From: an uncultured Campylobacter sp.
GTDB taxonomy: Bacteria; Campylobacterota; Campylobacteria; Campylobacterales; Campylobacteraceae
DNA: 64,000 bases
NCBI GenBank assembly: GCA_945928165.1
Contig: CAMENE010000006.1
Span: forward strand, 5,384 to 69,383
Reading direction: 5' to 3'
The notes under the pieces were generated by a model. That model saw only the letters and a program-made list of their open reading frames with translations. It had not been told where the DNA came from and ran no database searches. The position numbers and the translations under genes are program-made. Numbering within the stretch: position 1 is the stretch's first letter; every line of letters begins with the position of its first letter. Shown piece after piece: positions 46,806 through 56,947 of the stretch.

Positions 46806-47759
46806 TTATAGTCCTAGTGCTGTTAGGTCGTGGATGTGAAGCACGCCTATTGGCTTATTTTCTTTTGTGATGATTAGGATTTGAATTTTGTTTTTTTGTA
46901 GAATTTTTAGAGCGTCGTAGGCTAGAGTGTTTTCATCGCTTAGTGTTTTTGGGCTTTTTGTAGCGAAATTTAGAGCCTTTGCGCTTAAATCAAAGCTAGG
47001 ATTTTCTAAGGCTCTGCGCAAGTCTCCATCGCTGATTATCCCAGCTAGTTCTTTGCTAGCATTAAGGATAATAGCAGAACCTAGCTTGCCAGTACTCATA
47101 GCTGAGATTGCTTCTTTTAGGCTGGCGTTTTCATTTACGATAGGCAGATTTTCTTTTCGCATGACATCGTAAACTTTTAAGAATAGTCTTTTGCCAAGCG
47201 CACCGCCTGGATGAAAAGCTGCAAAGTCTGTGATAGTAAAGTTTTTTAGCTTCATAAGTGATAGTGCTAGCGCATCGCCAAGAGCTAAGGTAAGCGTGGT
47301 AGACACGCTTGGTGCGGCGTTAAATGGACAGGCCTCACGCTCTATATCTAGGCTTAGATTGACATCGCTTAGGCGAGCAAGCGAGCTATTTTCTTTACTC
47401 ATTGCGATGACTTTTACGCCACGAGCCTTGATGTGTGGGAGTATGGCTAGCAGCTCGCCACTCTCTCCGCTATAGCTGATAGCTAGGATGATATCATTAT
47501 CTGCTATCATACCAAGGTCGCCGTGCATAGCCTCTGTAGGGTGTAAAAAAAACGCAGGCGTGCCAGTGCTAGCTGCGGTGGCGGCAATTTTTGCGCCGAT
47601 GTGTCCGCTTTTGCCTACGCCTGTTACTATTAGCTTGCCTTTGGCGTTTTTTATAAGCTCTAGAGCCTTGTTAAATCTAGAATCAAGGCTGTTTGCGTGT
47701 CTTTCTAGCTCGCTAGCCTCTAAGCGCAAAATATCTTTTGCGAAGTTTAAAATATCCAT
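46806..47759 (-). CDS. Arabinose-5-phosphate isomerase (KpsF/GutQ/KdsD family; SIS + tandem CBS)
   Basis: VTGVGKSGHIGAKIAAT SIS motif; C-terminal CBS pair. Confidence 0.9.
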   Translation of the reverse strand: MDILNFAKDILRLEASELERHANSLDSRFNKALELIKNAKGKLIVTGVGKSGHIGAKIAATAASTGTPAFFLHPTEAMHGDLGMIADNDIILAISYSGESGELLAILPHIKARGVKVIAMSKENSSLARLSDVNLSLDIEREACPFNAAPSVSTTLTLALGDALALSLMKLKNFTITDFAAFHPGGALGKRLFLKVYDVMRKENLPIVNENASLKEAISAMSTGKLGSAIILNASKELAGIISDGDLRRALENPSFDLSAKALNFATKSPKTLSDENTLAYDALKILQKNKIQILIITKENKPIGVLHIHDLTALGL

Positions 47760-47922
47760 TTTTATCCTTTTAATCTGCTTTATTTTAGCAAAAAGAAGTA
47801 AAATTTTTGCTATTTATTCTAGAATTCTAAAAGAAAACTTATAAAAATTTAGTAATTTTTTTTTAAAAAAAATTTTTAAATGCTTTTATGGTAGAATACC
47901 AAAAAAATTTAAAGGCTTAAAA

Positions 47923-49122
47923 ATGCAAAAGAAAAAAATCCTTGTTTTAGGTGGCGGATATGCAGGCTTGGAGTGTACCTTGCGCTTAGAAAAACTGCTA
48001 AGAGATGATGAGGCTGAGGTCACACTAATCTCAAAGCACGACTATCACTATCAAAGCACGCTTTTACACCGCGTGGCACTTGGCACTTATAGTGCTAGAA
48101 AAGCGAGAATTTTTTATAGAAAAATTCTTAAAAAAGCCTTGTTTATCAAAGATACAATCACAAAAATAGACATAAATGAAAAAAAGGTAAATGGAAATAT
48201 AGGCTGCTATGAATACGATTATTTGGTAATTTCGCTTGGTTTTGAGCCAAATTATTTTGGCATTGAAGGCGCAAACAAGCACACCTTTGCCCTTGCTACT
48301 ATCAACTGGGCGACAAAAATGCGCGACGAGCTTGAGGCGAAATTTAAGGACTTTGATGGTCGTAAAGACCCAAATGATCTTAGTTTTGTAGTGGTTGGAA
48401 GTGGTTTTACTGGTGTGGAGTTTGCTAGCGAACTAGGTGATAGAGCAAAAGAGCTTTGCGAGATTTGTGGAATTCCGCCAAGTCTAGTAAAAATCACGCT
48501 AGTATCTCGTGGAGAGCAGATTTTGCCTATGTTTAGTCCAGCACTTAGTGCCAAAGCTCGCACAAAAATCACCAAAAAAGGCGTAGATATCGTGCGTGGA
48601 GAGGTGATAAAGTGTGAGAGCAATGGTGTGATTATCCGCACAGATGAGGGCGATAAAAAGATAGATGCAAACACGACTTTGTGGAGCGCAGGCGTAAAGG
48701 GCTCAAGCATAATAAGTGCTTCGGGCATAAAGAGCAAAAATGATAGAGTGCTAGTAGAGCCTGATTTGCGTATGCCGGGGCAAGAAAATGTCTTTGTGCT
48801 AGGTGATTGTGCAAGTGCTAAAAAGCGTGATATCATTCACGCTCCAACCGCGCAGCTAGCCTGTCAAATGGGTGCACACGCAGCAAAATCACTAGTGGCT
48901 CTGCTAAGAGGCAATAAAACAAAAGAATTTAACTTTAATCACAAAGGCACGGTTTGTTCTATCGGGCACACAGATGCGGTGGGCTTTGCCTTTGGCGTTG
49001 GCATTGCTGGCGAGCTGGCGGCTTTGCTTAAAAACTTCATTGAAAATAAATGGCTTTATTTTATCGGCGGTCTAGGCTTGGTTATCAAAAAAGGCCAATT
49101 TAGATTTAGAAGTAGCGACTAA
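47923..49122 (+). CDS. Type II NADH:quinone oxidoreductase-like FAD/NAD(P)-dependent oxidoreductase
   Basis: ILVLGGGYAGLE and FVVVGSGFTGVEFA dinucleotide-binding motifs; VFVLGDCA. Confidence 0.85.
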   Translation: MQKKKILVLGGGYAGLECTLRLEKLLRDDEAEVTLISKHDYHYQSTLLHRVALGTYSARKARIFYRKILKKALFIKDTITKIDINEKKVNGNIGCYEYDYLVISLGFEPNYFGIEGANKHTFALATINWATKMRDELEAKFKDFDGRKDPNDLSFVVVGSGFTGVEFASELGDRAKELCEICGIPPSLVKITLVSRGEQILPMFSPALSAKARTKITKKGVDIVRGEVIKCESNGVIIRTDEGDKKIDANTTLWSAGVKGSSIISASGIKSKNDRVLVEPDLRMPGQENVFVLGDCASAKKRDIIHAPTAQLACQMGAHAAKSLVALLRGNKTKEFNFNHKGTVCSIGHTDAVGFAFGVGIAGELAALLKNFIENKWLYFIGGLGLVIKKGQFRFRSSD

Positions 49123-49258
49123 CTTTGGTATTTCATCATTTTAGATATTTGTTCTATGTGAAACATATTTGATTTTATCTAGAATTCCCTATGGAATTCT
49201 AGAATTCTAGGGATAGCTTTTGCTTGATATTTTTAGAATTCTAGATAAAGTAATACAC

Positions 49259-49530
49259 ATGAAAATCTCACAAATTTTAAATCAAACTTTAAGCACTTAC
49301 AACACCCAAAAAAATAATAAACACAAATGCTAATAGCGATGAAATGCATACTCTAAATCTAAAAGAAAACAGCAAGGCTGGCTTTGAATATATTGTGCTA
49401 AAAGCAGCTTAGCTGAGGCAAAATCTCGCATGGAAAATGAGTATAGAGTGACTTTTAGCAAGGATACCAAGCTAGACCGCAAAACGCTAATAAGCGATAT
49501 AACCTCGCAATCTAGTTTAAACTGGGACTA
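49259..49530 (+). pseudogene. Decayed small ORF (frame breaks, one next to an A7 run)
   Basis: MKISQILNQTLSTYNTQKNNKHKC* continues in other frames as ..NANSDEMHTLNLKENSKAGFEYIVLKAA* and AEAKSRMENEYRVTFSKDTKLDRKTLISDITSQSSLNWD*. A7 run at 49308..49314. Confidence 0.3.
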
Positions 49531-49584
49531 AGAAAATAAAGCAAAATGGCAAATTTTTTAGAGTTTTTGCTTAGAGTTTTTGGA

Positions 49585-50181
49585 CTAAAACATTTTGGAA
49601 TTCCAAAGAGTTTCTAGTATATCTACACCGCTTAAAAATATATTATTTTCTTTTTTTAAAAAATCAATATTTATTTTATATTGCTCTGGAAATTTTTTAA
49701 ATTCCCTAGCCATACGCAAAGCGCCAGCACCGCACAAAAAAGCTGGTGTATTTTCCATTTCTATACTAAGTGAAGGATAATTTTCATTAAACATTTTTTC
49801 TTGTATTTTTATATCAAATAAGGTTTTAATAGCTTTTTGAGTAAGTTGTATAAAAAAGGGAATTCTAACTACTTTATAACCTAAGCCTTCATAAAATTTA
49901 GTTTTTTCGATATCATAGAGAATATTTTTGGCTTTTGTGTAATGTGGCATTCCATCAAATTCCACAATCATTTTCAAACTTTCACTTCTATAATCAGGTC
50001 TTTTACGACACAAAACCCCATTTATTTTCCCCAGTGCCTTATCGTGTATCCAGTCATTAACATTTGGAAAAATTACCTTTAAATACTCATCAAGTCCAGT
50101 TCTATGAAGTCCGGTTGCTTTATCAAGCCCGGCCATCTGTGCTATTTGGCTGGTTTCTCTGAGGTATCCCCATTTTTCCAT
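49585..50181 (-). CDS. Hypothetical protein with DUF559/Vsr-like PD-(D/E)XK endonuclease-fold core
   Basis: RKRPDYRSESLKMIVEFDGMPHY...D.EK...EGLGYKVVRIPFF fits the D..(D/E)xK..H pattern of DUF559-type domains. The gene is visibly AT-rich. Confidence 0.45.
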   Translation of the reverse strand: MEKWGYLRETSQIAQMAGLDKATGLHRTGLDEYLKVIFPNVNDWIHDKALGKINGVLCRKRPDYRSESLKMIVEFDGMPHYTKAKNILYDIEKTKFYEGLGYKVVRIPFFIQLTQKAIKTLFDIKIQEKMFNENYPSLSIEMENTPAFLCGAGALRMAREFKKFPEQYKINIDFLKKENNIFLSGVDILETLWNSKMF

Positions 50182-50271
50182 TATCGACCGCCTTTCTCTT
50201 TTGCTAGTGTGTGGATGATAAGTCCAAGCCCCAAGGCAACCACTATTACTAAAAAGCCGATTTGTGCTATA

Positions 50272-51339
50272 TCAAGCGTTGTCATATTTTACCTTTTCTC
50301 TTAGCTGTCCGCAAGCAGCTGAAATATCAAGCCCCTTGCTCTCTCTAATCGTACAAGTTACGCCCTTGCTTCGCAAAAAATCACGGAATTTTTGCACATC
50401 TCTCATAGCTGGACGCTTAAACTCACTGCCCTCGTGCGGATTAAAAAGTATGAGATTTACCTTTGCTTTTATGCCATTTAGCAGTTTTACTAGCGTTTTT
50501 GCGTCACTTTCGTGGTCATTTACGCCGCCAAGCACAAGGTATTCAAACATAATTCGCTTTCGCTGATCAATTGGAAACTGCCTTATTGCATCCATCACAG
50601 CAGCGATATTGTAGGCTTTATTTACTGGCATTAGCTTATCTCGCAGCTCGTCATTTACAGCATGAAGTGAAATCGCCAAAAGCACGCCTAGATCATATTC
50701 GCCAAGTTTTTTTATCTGGCTTGCTAAGCCACTTGTGCTTATAGTTTGGCGTCTTGCGCCTATGGCAAGTCCGTCATTTTCTTTTAGAATTTCTACTGCT
50801 TTTTTGACATTTTCAAAGTTATCTAGTGGCTCGCCCATACCCATATATACGACATTTACTCGCCTTTCATAAGGAATTTCATTTGCCCTTTTTATATATA
50901 GGATTTGCCCTACGATTTCGCCTGCGCTTAGATTTCGCACAAAGCCACCCTTTGCTGTGAAGCAAAACGCACAGCCCATTTTACAGCCCACTTGCGAACT
51001 AACGCAGATTGTGTATCTTGCGTGGCGTTTTAGCTCTCCATTCTCATCACTTAGCTCTTCTTTCATCGGCAGTAGCACACTCTCAACCGTCTTGCCATCA
51101 TGCAGGGCAAAAAGGTATTTTTTGCTACCATCGCTACTGATTTGACATTTTATTTCACGCACGCTATCAATGGTGTAGCTTTTTGTTAGCTCAGCTCTCA
51201 TCACAGCTGGTAGATTGCTCATTTGCGCAAATTCTACTGCGCCTTTTTTGTAAATCCACTCGTAAATCTGCTTAGCACGAAAGCTAGGTTTTACCATACT
51301 TTCAAGCTCTTTTTTACTAAAATCTAATATAGTTTTCAT
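50272..51339 (-). CDS. rlmN: 23S rRNA/tRNA adenine-C2 methyltransferase (radical SAM)
   Basis: [17 protein letters not shown]xxxCxxC cluster, GMGEPLDN, and C-terminal ..DISAACGQL. Confidence 0.93.
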   Translation of the reverse strand: MKTILDFSKKELESMVKPSFRAKQIYEWIYKKGAVEFAQMSNLPAVMRAELTKSYTIDSVREIKCQISSDGSKKYLFALHDGKTVESVLLPMKEELSDENGELKRHARYTICVSSQVGCKMGCAFCFTAKGGFVRNLSAGEIVGQILYIKRANEIPYERRVNVVYMGMGEPLDNFENVKKAVEILKENDGLAIGARRQTISTSGLASQIKKLGEYDLGVLLAISLHAVNDELRDKLMPVNKAYNIAAVMDAIRQFPIDQRKRIMFEYLVLGGVNDHESDAKTLVKLLNGIKAKVNLILFNPHEGSEFKRPAMRDVQKFRDFLRSKGVTCTIRESKGLDISAACGQLREKVKYDNA

Positions 51340-51850
51340 TTATATAATTCTCCAAAATATCCATGGCTTTCTTATGATTTTTTATAAAATCATTGTGAGC
51401 GTTTTCATCACAAAAGTTTGTAGCGCAAAACACTCCAAAAACTGGAATTCCAAAGCTTTTTGCTACTTTATAAACGCTAAAAAACTCCATATTCTCAGCC
51501 ACTAATCCACGCTCATAAAACTTGCTAGCCACGCTTTTATCAGTTGTGATAAAATTTGAGCTATTTATTTTTGTTTCATGTGGAACATCGCAATTTAAAG
51601 GCGAATACGAAAGCCCCAAAAGCTCGCTAATTTCAATATTCACAGCAGCCTTGCTCTTTATAATATCAAAAATTTCACCCTTTTTATAAAGCCCACAAGT
51701 GCCCACAAAAATCACTTTTTCAAAACTAGAATTCCTAGCTAGAATTTTAGTTAAGTTCATAGCTGAGCTTACAAGCCCCACGCCTATACTCTTAGCAAAG
51801 TCCCAAACTTCGCCATTTCCAGCACACAAAAACAAAATATTTTTATCCAT
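51317..51850 (-). CDS. Nucleoside phosphorylase (PNP_UDP_1)-family protein
   Basis: 177 aa with ..VIFVGTCGL.. and ..[13 protein letters not shown].. patterns similar to MTA/SAH nucleosidase-like enzymes. Function uncertain. Confidence 0.55.
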   Translation of the reverse strand: MDKNILFLCAGNGEVWDFAKSIGVGLVSSAMNLTKILARNSSFEKVIFVGTCGLYKKGEIFDIIKSKAAVNIEISELLGLSYSPLNCDVPHETKINSSNFITTDKSVASKFYERGLVAENMEFFSVYKVAKSFGIPVFGVFCATNFCDENAHNDFIKNHKKAMDILENYINENYIRF

Positions 51851-51900
51851 TTTTACTATCCAAAAGCTAAGAAATTCTAGAATTCCTCAATCTAGAATTC

Positions 51901-52659
51901 CTACACTCTTACGCTTATGCCATTTGCGCTTAGATATTCTTTTAGGGCTTTGATTTCTATTTCTTTGTAGTGAAAGATACTAGCTGCTAATGCCGCATCC
52001 GCCCCACATCTAAAAACATCTAGTATATGCTCCATGCTCCCAGCCCCACCGCTAGCGATGACAGGCACGCTTACAAGGCTAGAGATTTTGCTAGTAAGTT
52101 CTATGTCAAATCCAGCCTTAGTCCCATCGCTGTCCATGGATGTCAGTAGTATCTCGCCAGCACCAAGCTGGGCTACTTTTTTTGCCCAAAGATACGCATC
52201 AAGCCCCGAATTAATGCGGCCGCCGTTTATAAATACATTGTGCGAATTTTTTGTTTTTTTAGCATCAATTGCCACCACCACGCAAGAACTGCCAAATTTA
52301 TTTGCGGCAAGTTCCACCAAGCTAGGATTTTTTATAGCAGCTGAGTTTAGGCTGATTTTATCACAGCCTGCGTTTAAAAGGCGCGAAATATCATCAATGC
52401 TGCGAATTCCCCCACCCACAGTAAGCGGGATAAAAAGCGTTTTAGCCACTTTTTCTACGATATGAATGATAGTATCACGCTCTTCACAGCTTGCGGTAAT
52501 ATCCAAAAAGCACAGCTCATCAGCGCCCTCATCATTGTATCTTTTTGCGATTTCTACTGGGTCGCCTGCGTCTTTTAAGCCCACAAAATTCGTGCCTTTT
52601 ACCACCCTGCCGTCTTTTACATCCAGACAAGGTATTATTCGTTTAGCAAATTTATTCAT
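51901..52659 (-). CDS. hisF: Imidazole glycerol phosphate synthase cyclase subunit
   Basis: [36 protein letters not shown] and ASGGAG. Confidence 0.95.
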   Translation of the reverse strand: MNKFAKRIIPCLDVKDGRVVKGTNFVGLKDAGDPVEIAKRYNDEGADELCFLDITASCEERDTIIHIVEKVAKTLFIPLTVGGGIRSIDDISRLLNAGCDKISLNSAAIKNPSLVELAANKFGSSCVVVAIDAKKTKNSHNVFINGGRINSGLDAYLWAKKVAQLGAGEILLTSMDSDGTKAGFDIELTSKISSLVSVPVIASGGAGSMEHILDVFRCGADAALAASIFHYKEIEIKALKEYLSANGISVRV

Positions 52660-52711
52660 TACTCAGCCTTTTTTAGCTAGCATTTTAGCCAAAAATTCTA
52701 TAAAAACAAAA

Positions 52712-53977
52712 ATGAAAAAACAAAATCCTTTTATTGCGCTAAAAAACCGCAATTTTTTAATTTACTGGCTAGGGCTTGGCATTAGCCAAAGCGGCACTTG
52801 GATGCAAAACATCGCTCAGCCGTGGCTAGCACTCATTATTACAAACGAGCCTTTGCTAGTAGGCTTTGTAAGCGCAGCGCAGTTCGTGCCGATAATGCTA
52901 TTTTCGCTATTTTCAGGTGCTCTTATAGACAAAATAAAAGAGAAAAAACGCATTTTATATCTCACTCAAGGCGGCCAATGTTTGGTCTCGCTCATCTTTG
53001 CGCTTAGTGTGTTTTTTGATTTTGCTAGCTATGCTTTGGTGCTTAGCCTTGCCTTTGCTATGGGTGTATTTAATAGCCTTGATAGCCCTACTCGCCACGC
53101 TTTTATCTATGAGCTTGTCCATGATAGAGCTATTTTACAAAACGCAGTTGCGCTAAATGTAATGGCTGTTAGCGTCTCACGCATAGCTGGACCTAGTTTA
53201 GCTGGGCTTGTGATGGCTAGCTTTGGGATAGGTGCGTGCTTTTTGGCAAATACTATTTCTTTTGTGGCAATTTTTTGCTCTTTGTTTTTGGTTCATCTAA
53301 AAGCCCCAGACAAGCTAAACGAGCAAAAACAAAATGTTCTAAGTGCTGTAAAATCAGCTCTAATCTACATAAAAAAGCGAGATATTTTGCTTACTCCCTT
53401 GCTAATCTTGCTGATTTTTGCTACTTTGATACCAAATTATTCTGTGAGCGTCTCGGCTCTTGTGCGCTTTGAGCTTGGCGGTAGCGATAGCGATTTTGGC
53501 TATCTTATGGCTTGGATTGGCGTGGGTGCGCTTATGGGGGCTTTTGGGTCAGCTTTTATGAGTAGAGTTAGCTTAAAAGTCATTTATTTTGGCCCTTTTG
53601 CTTGTGCGTTTGGGCTTTTTTGCGTGGGACTTGCGCCTAGTATTTTTTGGGCTGGAGTGGGGCTTATTTTTACAGGATTTAGCTTTATAATGAGCCTAAA
53701 CGCAATAAACGCTTGTTTGCAGCTGTTTTCAAGAGTCCAGTTTCGTGGGCGAGTGATGAGTGTTTATAGCTTATTTTTCTTGGGTTCTACACCGCTTGGA
53801 TCGTGGTTTGCTGGCTACTTGGCTAGTGAGTTTGGCTCTAGGCAAGGGCTTTTTATTTGTTCTATTTTAACAGTGATTTTGCTTATTTTACTTTTTGCGC
53901 TAAAATACATTTTTTCAAACAAAAAAAAGACGAGATTTTCTAAAAAACCGAGCGAAATTCTAGAATTCCTAAGCTAA
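52712..53977 (+). CDS. MFS transporter (EntS/MFS_3-like)
   Basis: Start at ATG 52712 ([21 protein letters not shown]..). The track's upstream extension is antisense to hisF. About 12 TM helices. Confidence 0.85.
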   Translation: MKKQNPFIALKNRNFLIYWLGLGISQSGTWMQNIAQPWLALIITNEPLLVGFVSAAQFVPIMLFSLFSGALIDKIKEKKRILYLTQGGQCLVSLIFALSVFFDFASYALVLSLAFAMGVFNSLDSPTRHAFIYELVHDRAILQNAVALNVMAVSVSRIAGPSLAGLVMASFGIGACFLANTISFVAIFCSLFLVHLKAPDKLNEQKQNVLSAVKSALIYIKKRDILLTPLLILLIFATLIPNYSVSVSALVRFELGGSDSDFGYLMAWIGVGALMGAFGSAFMSRVSLKVIYFGPFACAFGLFCVGLAPSIFWAGVGLIFTGFSFIMSLNAINACLQLFSRVQFRGRVMSVYSLFFLGSTPLGSWFAGYLASEFGSRQGLFICSILTVILLILLFALKYIFSNKKKTRFSKKPSEILEFLS

Positions 53978-54022
53978 AATTCTTAGGAATTCTAGAATTT
54001 TTAAAAAATATAAAGGATAAAA

Positions 54023-54517
54023 ATGAGCGAGCAAATGACAATATACGGCTACTCAAAGCTAAACGATGAGCTAAAAAATCTAAAACTAAAAGAACGCCCT
54101 GAGTGTATAAAAGAGCTTGACATTGCGCGTTCTCACGGTGATTTGAAAGAAAATGCTGAGTATCAAGCAGCAAGAGAGCGCCAAAGATTTATCGATAACC
54201 GCATAAGCGAGATTGGCGATATAATCGCAAACGCAAAAGTCATCGACCCTAGCACCTACGCCCATGATAGCGTGAAATTTGGCTCAAAGGTGGTTTTTGA
54301 GGATATGGATAGCGGCGATGAGAAGTGCTATACCATCGTTGGTAGCGTAGAGAGTGATTTAAAGAGGGGGCTTATTAGCATTGAAACACCGCTTGCAAAG
54401 CAGCTTCTTGGCAAAAAAGAAGGCGATCAAATAGAACTAAGCTTGCCAAAAGGCAAAAGCGAGATTGAGATAATTAGCATTAGCTATGAGCCTATTGATT
54501 TTGAGGGCAAAAAATGA
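54023..54517 (+). CDS. greA: Transcription elongation factor GreA
   Basis: 164 aa with [18 protein letters not shown] and a C-terminal FKBP-like domain ([18 protein letters not shown]). Confidence 0.95.
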   Translation: MSEQMTIYGYSKLNDELKNLKLKERPECIKELDIARSHGDLKENAEYQAARERQRFIDNRISEIGDIIANAKVIDPSTYAHDSVKFGSKVVFEDMDSGDEKCYTIVGSVESDLKRGLISIETPLAKQLLGKKEGDQIELSLPKGKSEIEIISISYEPIDFEGKK

Positions 54518-55524
54518 GCATAAAGGTAGGAATTTTAGGCATTTCAGGCTATACAGGCTTGGAGCTTGTAAAGCTGATTTTAGCTCACCCGCACTTTGAG
54601 CTTAGCTATGCTGGAGCTAGCAGCGAAAGCAGGCTTAGCGAGCTTTTTCCTCAGCTAAGGGGCGTTTTTGACTTGGATGTAGAAGTAGCTGATATCTCGC
54701 AGATAAAAAAGCGTTGTGAGCTAGTATTTACAGCACTTCCGCACATGCAAAGCATGAAATACATAAAAGAGCTAAGAGAGCATGTAAAAATCGTAGATCT
54801 CTCGGCTGATTATCGCATTAGCTTAGAGAGTTTTCGGGCAAATTACGGCGAGCACACAGACGCTAAAGGGCTAAAAAATGCTGTTTATAGCGTGCCTGAG
54901 CTTCACAGACACTCTCTTAAAAACTGCTCACTTGTAGCAAATCCAGGCTGCTATCCTACAGCAAGTCTTTTAGCCCTTGCTCCCTTTGCTAAGATGATTG
55001 ATGAAAAAGCCGGCGTTTTTATAGACGCAAAAAGTGGCGTAAGTGGCGCAGGCAAAAGCCTAAAAGCTAGCTCGCATTTTATTAGCGTAGATGAGAACGC
55101 AAATGCCTACTCGCCGCTTACTCACCGCCACGCAGCTGAGATAAAAGAGCATTTGGACGCACTTGGTGGGGCAGCAGATGTGCTTTTTGTCCCACATTTG
55201 CTGCCGCTAAATCGTGGAATGCTTGTAAGTGTGTATATCACGCTTAAAGAGCAGTTTTCGCAGATTAATCCCCTTGATGTGCTAAATGATTTTTACAGCA
55301 AAGAAAGCTTTATTCGCATTTGCTCCCAGCCACCGCAGATAAAAAATGTCGCTGGTTCGCATTTTGCTGACCTAAGTGCGTATAAAAGTGGCGATAAAAT
55401 CGTAGTTTTAAGCGCAATTGATAATTTACTTCGTGGGGCAAGCTCGCAAGCTTTGGCAAATGCAAATATAATTTGTGGTTTTGATGAAAGTCTAGCCCTG
55501 CCTTGTTTGGCGCATTTTGTCTAG
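54514..55524 (+). CDS. argC: N-acetyl-gamma-glutamyl-phosphate reductase
   Basis: [22 protein letters not shown] catalytic Cys; [11 protein letters not shown]. Confidence 0.95.
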   Translation: MSIKVGILGISGYTGLELVKLILAHPHFELSYAGASSESRLSELFPQLRGVFDLDVEVADISQIKKRCELVFTALPHMQSMKYIKELREHVKIVDLSADYRISLESFRANYGEHTDAKGLKNAVYSVPELHRHSLKNCSLVANPGCYPTASLLALAPFAKMIDEKAGVFIDAKSGVSGAGKSLKASSHFISVDENANAYSPLTHRHAAEIKEHLDALGGAADVLFVPHLLPLNRGMLVSVYITLKEQFSQINPLDVLNDFYSKESFIRICSQPPQIKNVAGSHFADLSAYKSGDKIVVLSAIDNLLRGASSQALANANIICGFDESLALPCLAHFV

Positions 55525-56737
55525 TGCTAGAAATTCTAGAATTCTAGAATTTCTAGCGCATATCTATAAATTCTAGAATTTCTGGCACATATCAGCACAT
55601 ATCTAGGAATTCTGGAATTCTTGGCAAATTCTAAACTTACGCTATGCTTTTGACTTTGTGCTAGCAGCTGCTAGGTAATTTTAGAATTCTCTGTGATGAG
55701 ATCTCAAGTCGGGGGATGACACAAGGCTTGGGAATTTGAAATTGCCTAAAATTCGTCATTGAGAGGCTTTGAAAAAGCCGATCCCATTTATTAAGCCTTG
55801 AACGAGATTGCTCCCTCTGCTTTGCTCCCACCTCAATGACGCAGAGAATTCTAGATTTTTGCGAAGTTTTAGGGCCCCAAGGGTTTAGAGCTAGCCCTTA
55901 AAAATTTGTGAGCTAGATTTATCTAGCCTAAAAGCGAGAAAAAATCTAAAATTCCCAAGAATAAATTTGGAATTCCACCAAAAACGCAGATAAAGCAAGA
56001 GAATTCTAAATTTTAGCGGAGTTTTAGGGGTCCCAAGGGTTTAGAGCTAGCCCTTATAAAATTTGCGAGCTATATTTATCTAGCCTAAAAGTGAGAAAGT
56101 GCTTGAGTAGCAGCACCACCCACCCACGCCACCTCAGCCCAGACTAGTACTTTTGCAGCTTGAAGTTTGCTAAAATCATCGCCAAAAAGCCAGCGAGAGC
56201 ATATCTATCAGTCATTTTTATCCTTTTTGCTTTGTGAATTCTCTAAAATTCGTCATTGCGAGGAGTGAGTGAGACGAAGCAATCTTATTAAGCCTTGTTA
56301 GCCTTGAACGAGATTGCTCCCTTTGCTTTGCTCCCTCGCGATGACGGAATTTTAGAATTCCCTAGCGCCGAGATCCTTAGCTCAAGCTGGGGGACGACAT
56401 AGAACACGCAAGGCGGGCAATGACACAGCACTAAGGAATTCTAAAATTCCCAAAACGAAGTTTCTGTGAAAATTCGCCTAGCAGCCTAGCAGCCTTTTTT
56501 ACTGCCGCTACCGCGAAGTTTAAACCCTGCGCAAGTTTTTGGAGTTAAGGGGACAAGCCCCCTTAACTCCTTTTTTTATTTTTAAGGAATTCTAGAATTC
56601 CTTAAAATTCGTCATTGCGAGCGAAGCGAAGCAATCTCATTTATTAAGACTTATTAAGTTTTGAGCGAGATTGCTTCGGCTTCTTCAAAGCCTCGCAATG
56701 ACGGAATTCCAGCAATGACGGAATTCCCACAAGCCAA
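55525..56737. repeat. 1.2-kb non-coding stretch built almost entirely of repeat modules
   Basis: Palindromes, two degenerate three-hairpin modules (55861..55943, 56015..56097), three inverted pairs of gtcattgcgag..gcaatctc units separated by ATTTATTAAGCCTTGAAC-type spacers, and a 23-codon ORF with SD at 56144..56215 (-). Confidence 0.9.
56541..56577 (+). terminator. Orphan canonical intrinsic terminator
   Basis: GGAGTTAAGGGG-acaagc-CCCCTTAACTCC followed by T7. The nearest upstream plus-strand gene ends 1 kb away. Confidence 0.65.
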
Positions 56738-56947
56738 TCAATCAGGCGGCCTATACCCACTTTCTTTTTTTCGCTGCTCCATCCTGTATGCATCATTTAG
56801 AGCCTCTTCGCTATCGTATTTTGTCCCACCCAAAAACTTCTCATAGTCATCAAACTGCCTTGAGCGCACGCCCCAGAGCAAAGCCCAAATCGCACAAAAA
56901 GCAAGAAAAATAGAAACCCCAAGCATCATCGCAATTGTAGAGTTCAT
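56738..56947 (-). CDS. ccoS: cbb3-type cytochrome oxidase maturation protein CcoS
   Basis: 69 aa with one TM helix. WALLWGVRSRQFDD matches the CcoS signature. 4-nt overlap with the upstream P-type ATPase gene. Confidence 0.85.
   Translation of the reverse strand: MNSTIAMMLGVSIFLAFCAIWALLWGVRSRQFDDYEKFLGGTKYDSEEALNDAYRMEQRKKESGYRPPD

Noticed and set aside
48252..48836. Long antisense ORFs inside real genes: 48252..48836, 22311..22739, 26877..27356, 52034..52465, 57080..57517, 57731..58105, 58208..58624, 47488..47844, 21378..21683 and others in the track.
   Set aside because: Each is fully embedded opposite a gene with clear family signatures, has low-complexity Ser/Leu/Phe-rich composition, and lacks SD motifs.
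52466..52711. N-terminal 82-codon extension of the MFS gene in the track ORF 52466..53977.
   Set aside because: The extension runs antisense through the hisF 5' region. A normal ATG with a typical MFS N-terminus is at 52712.
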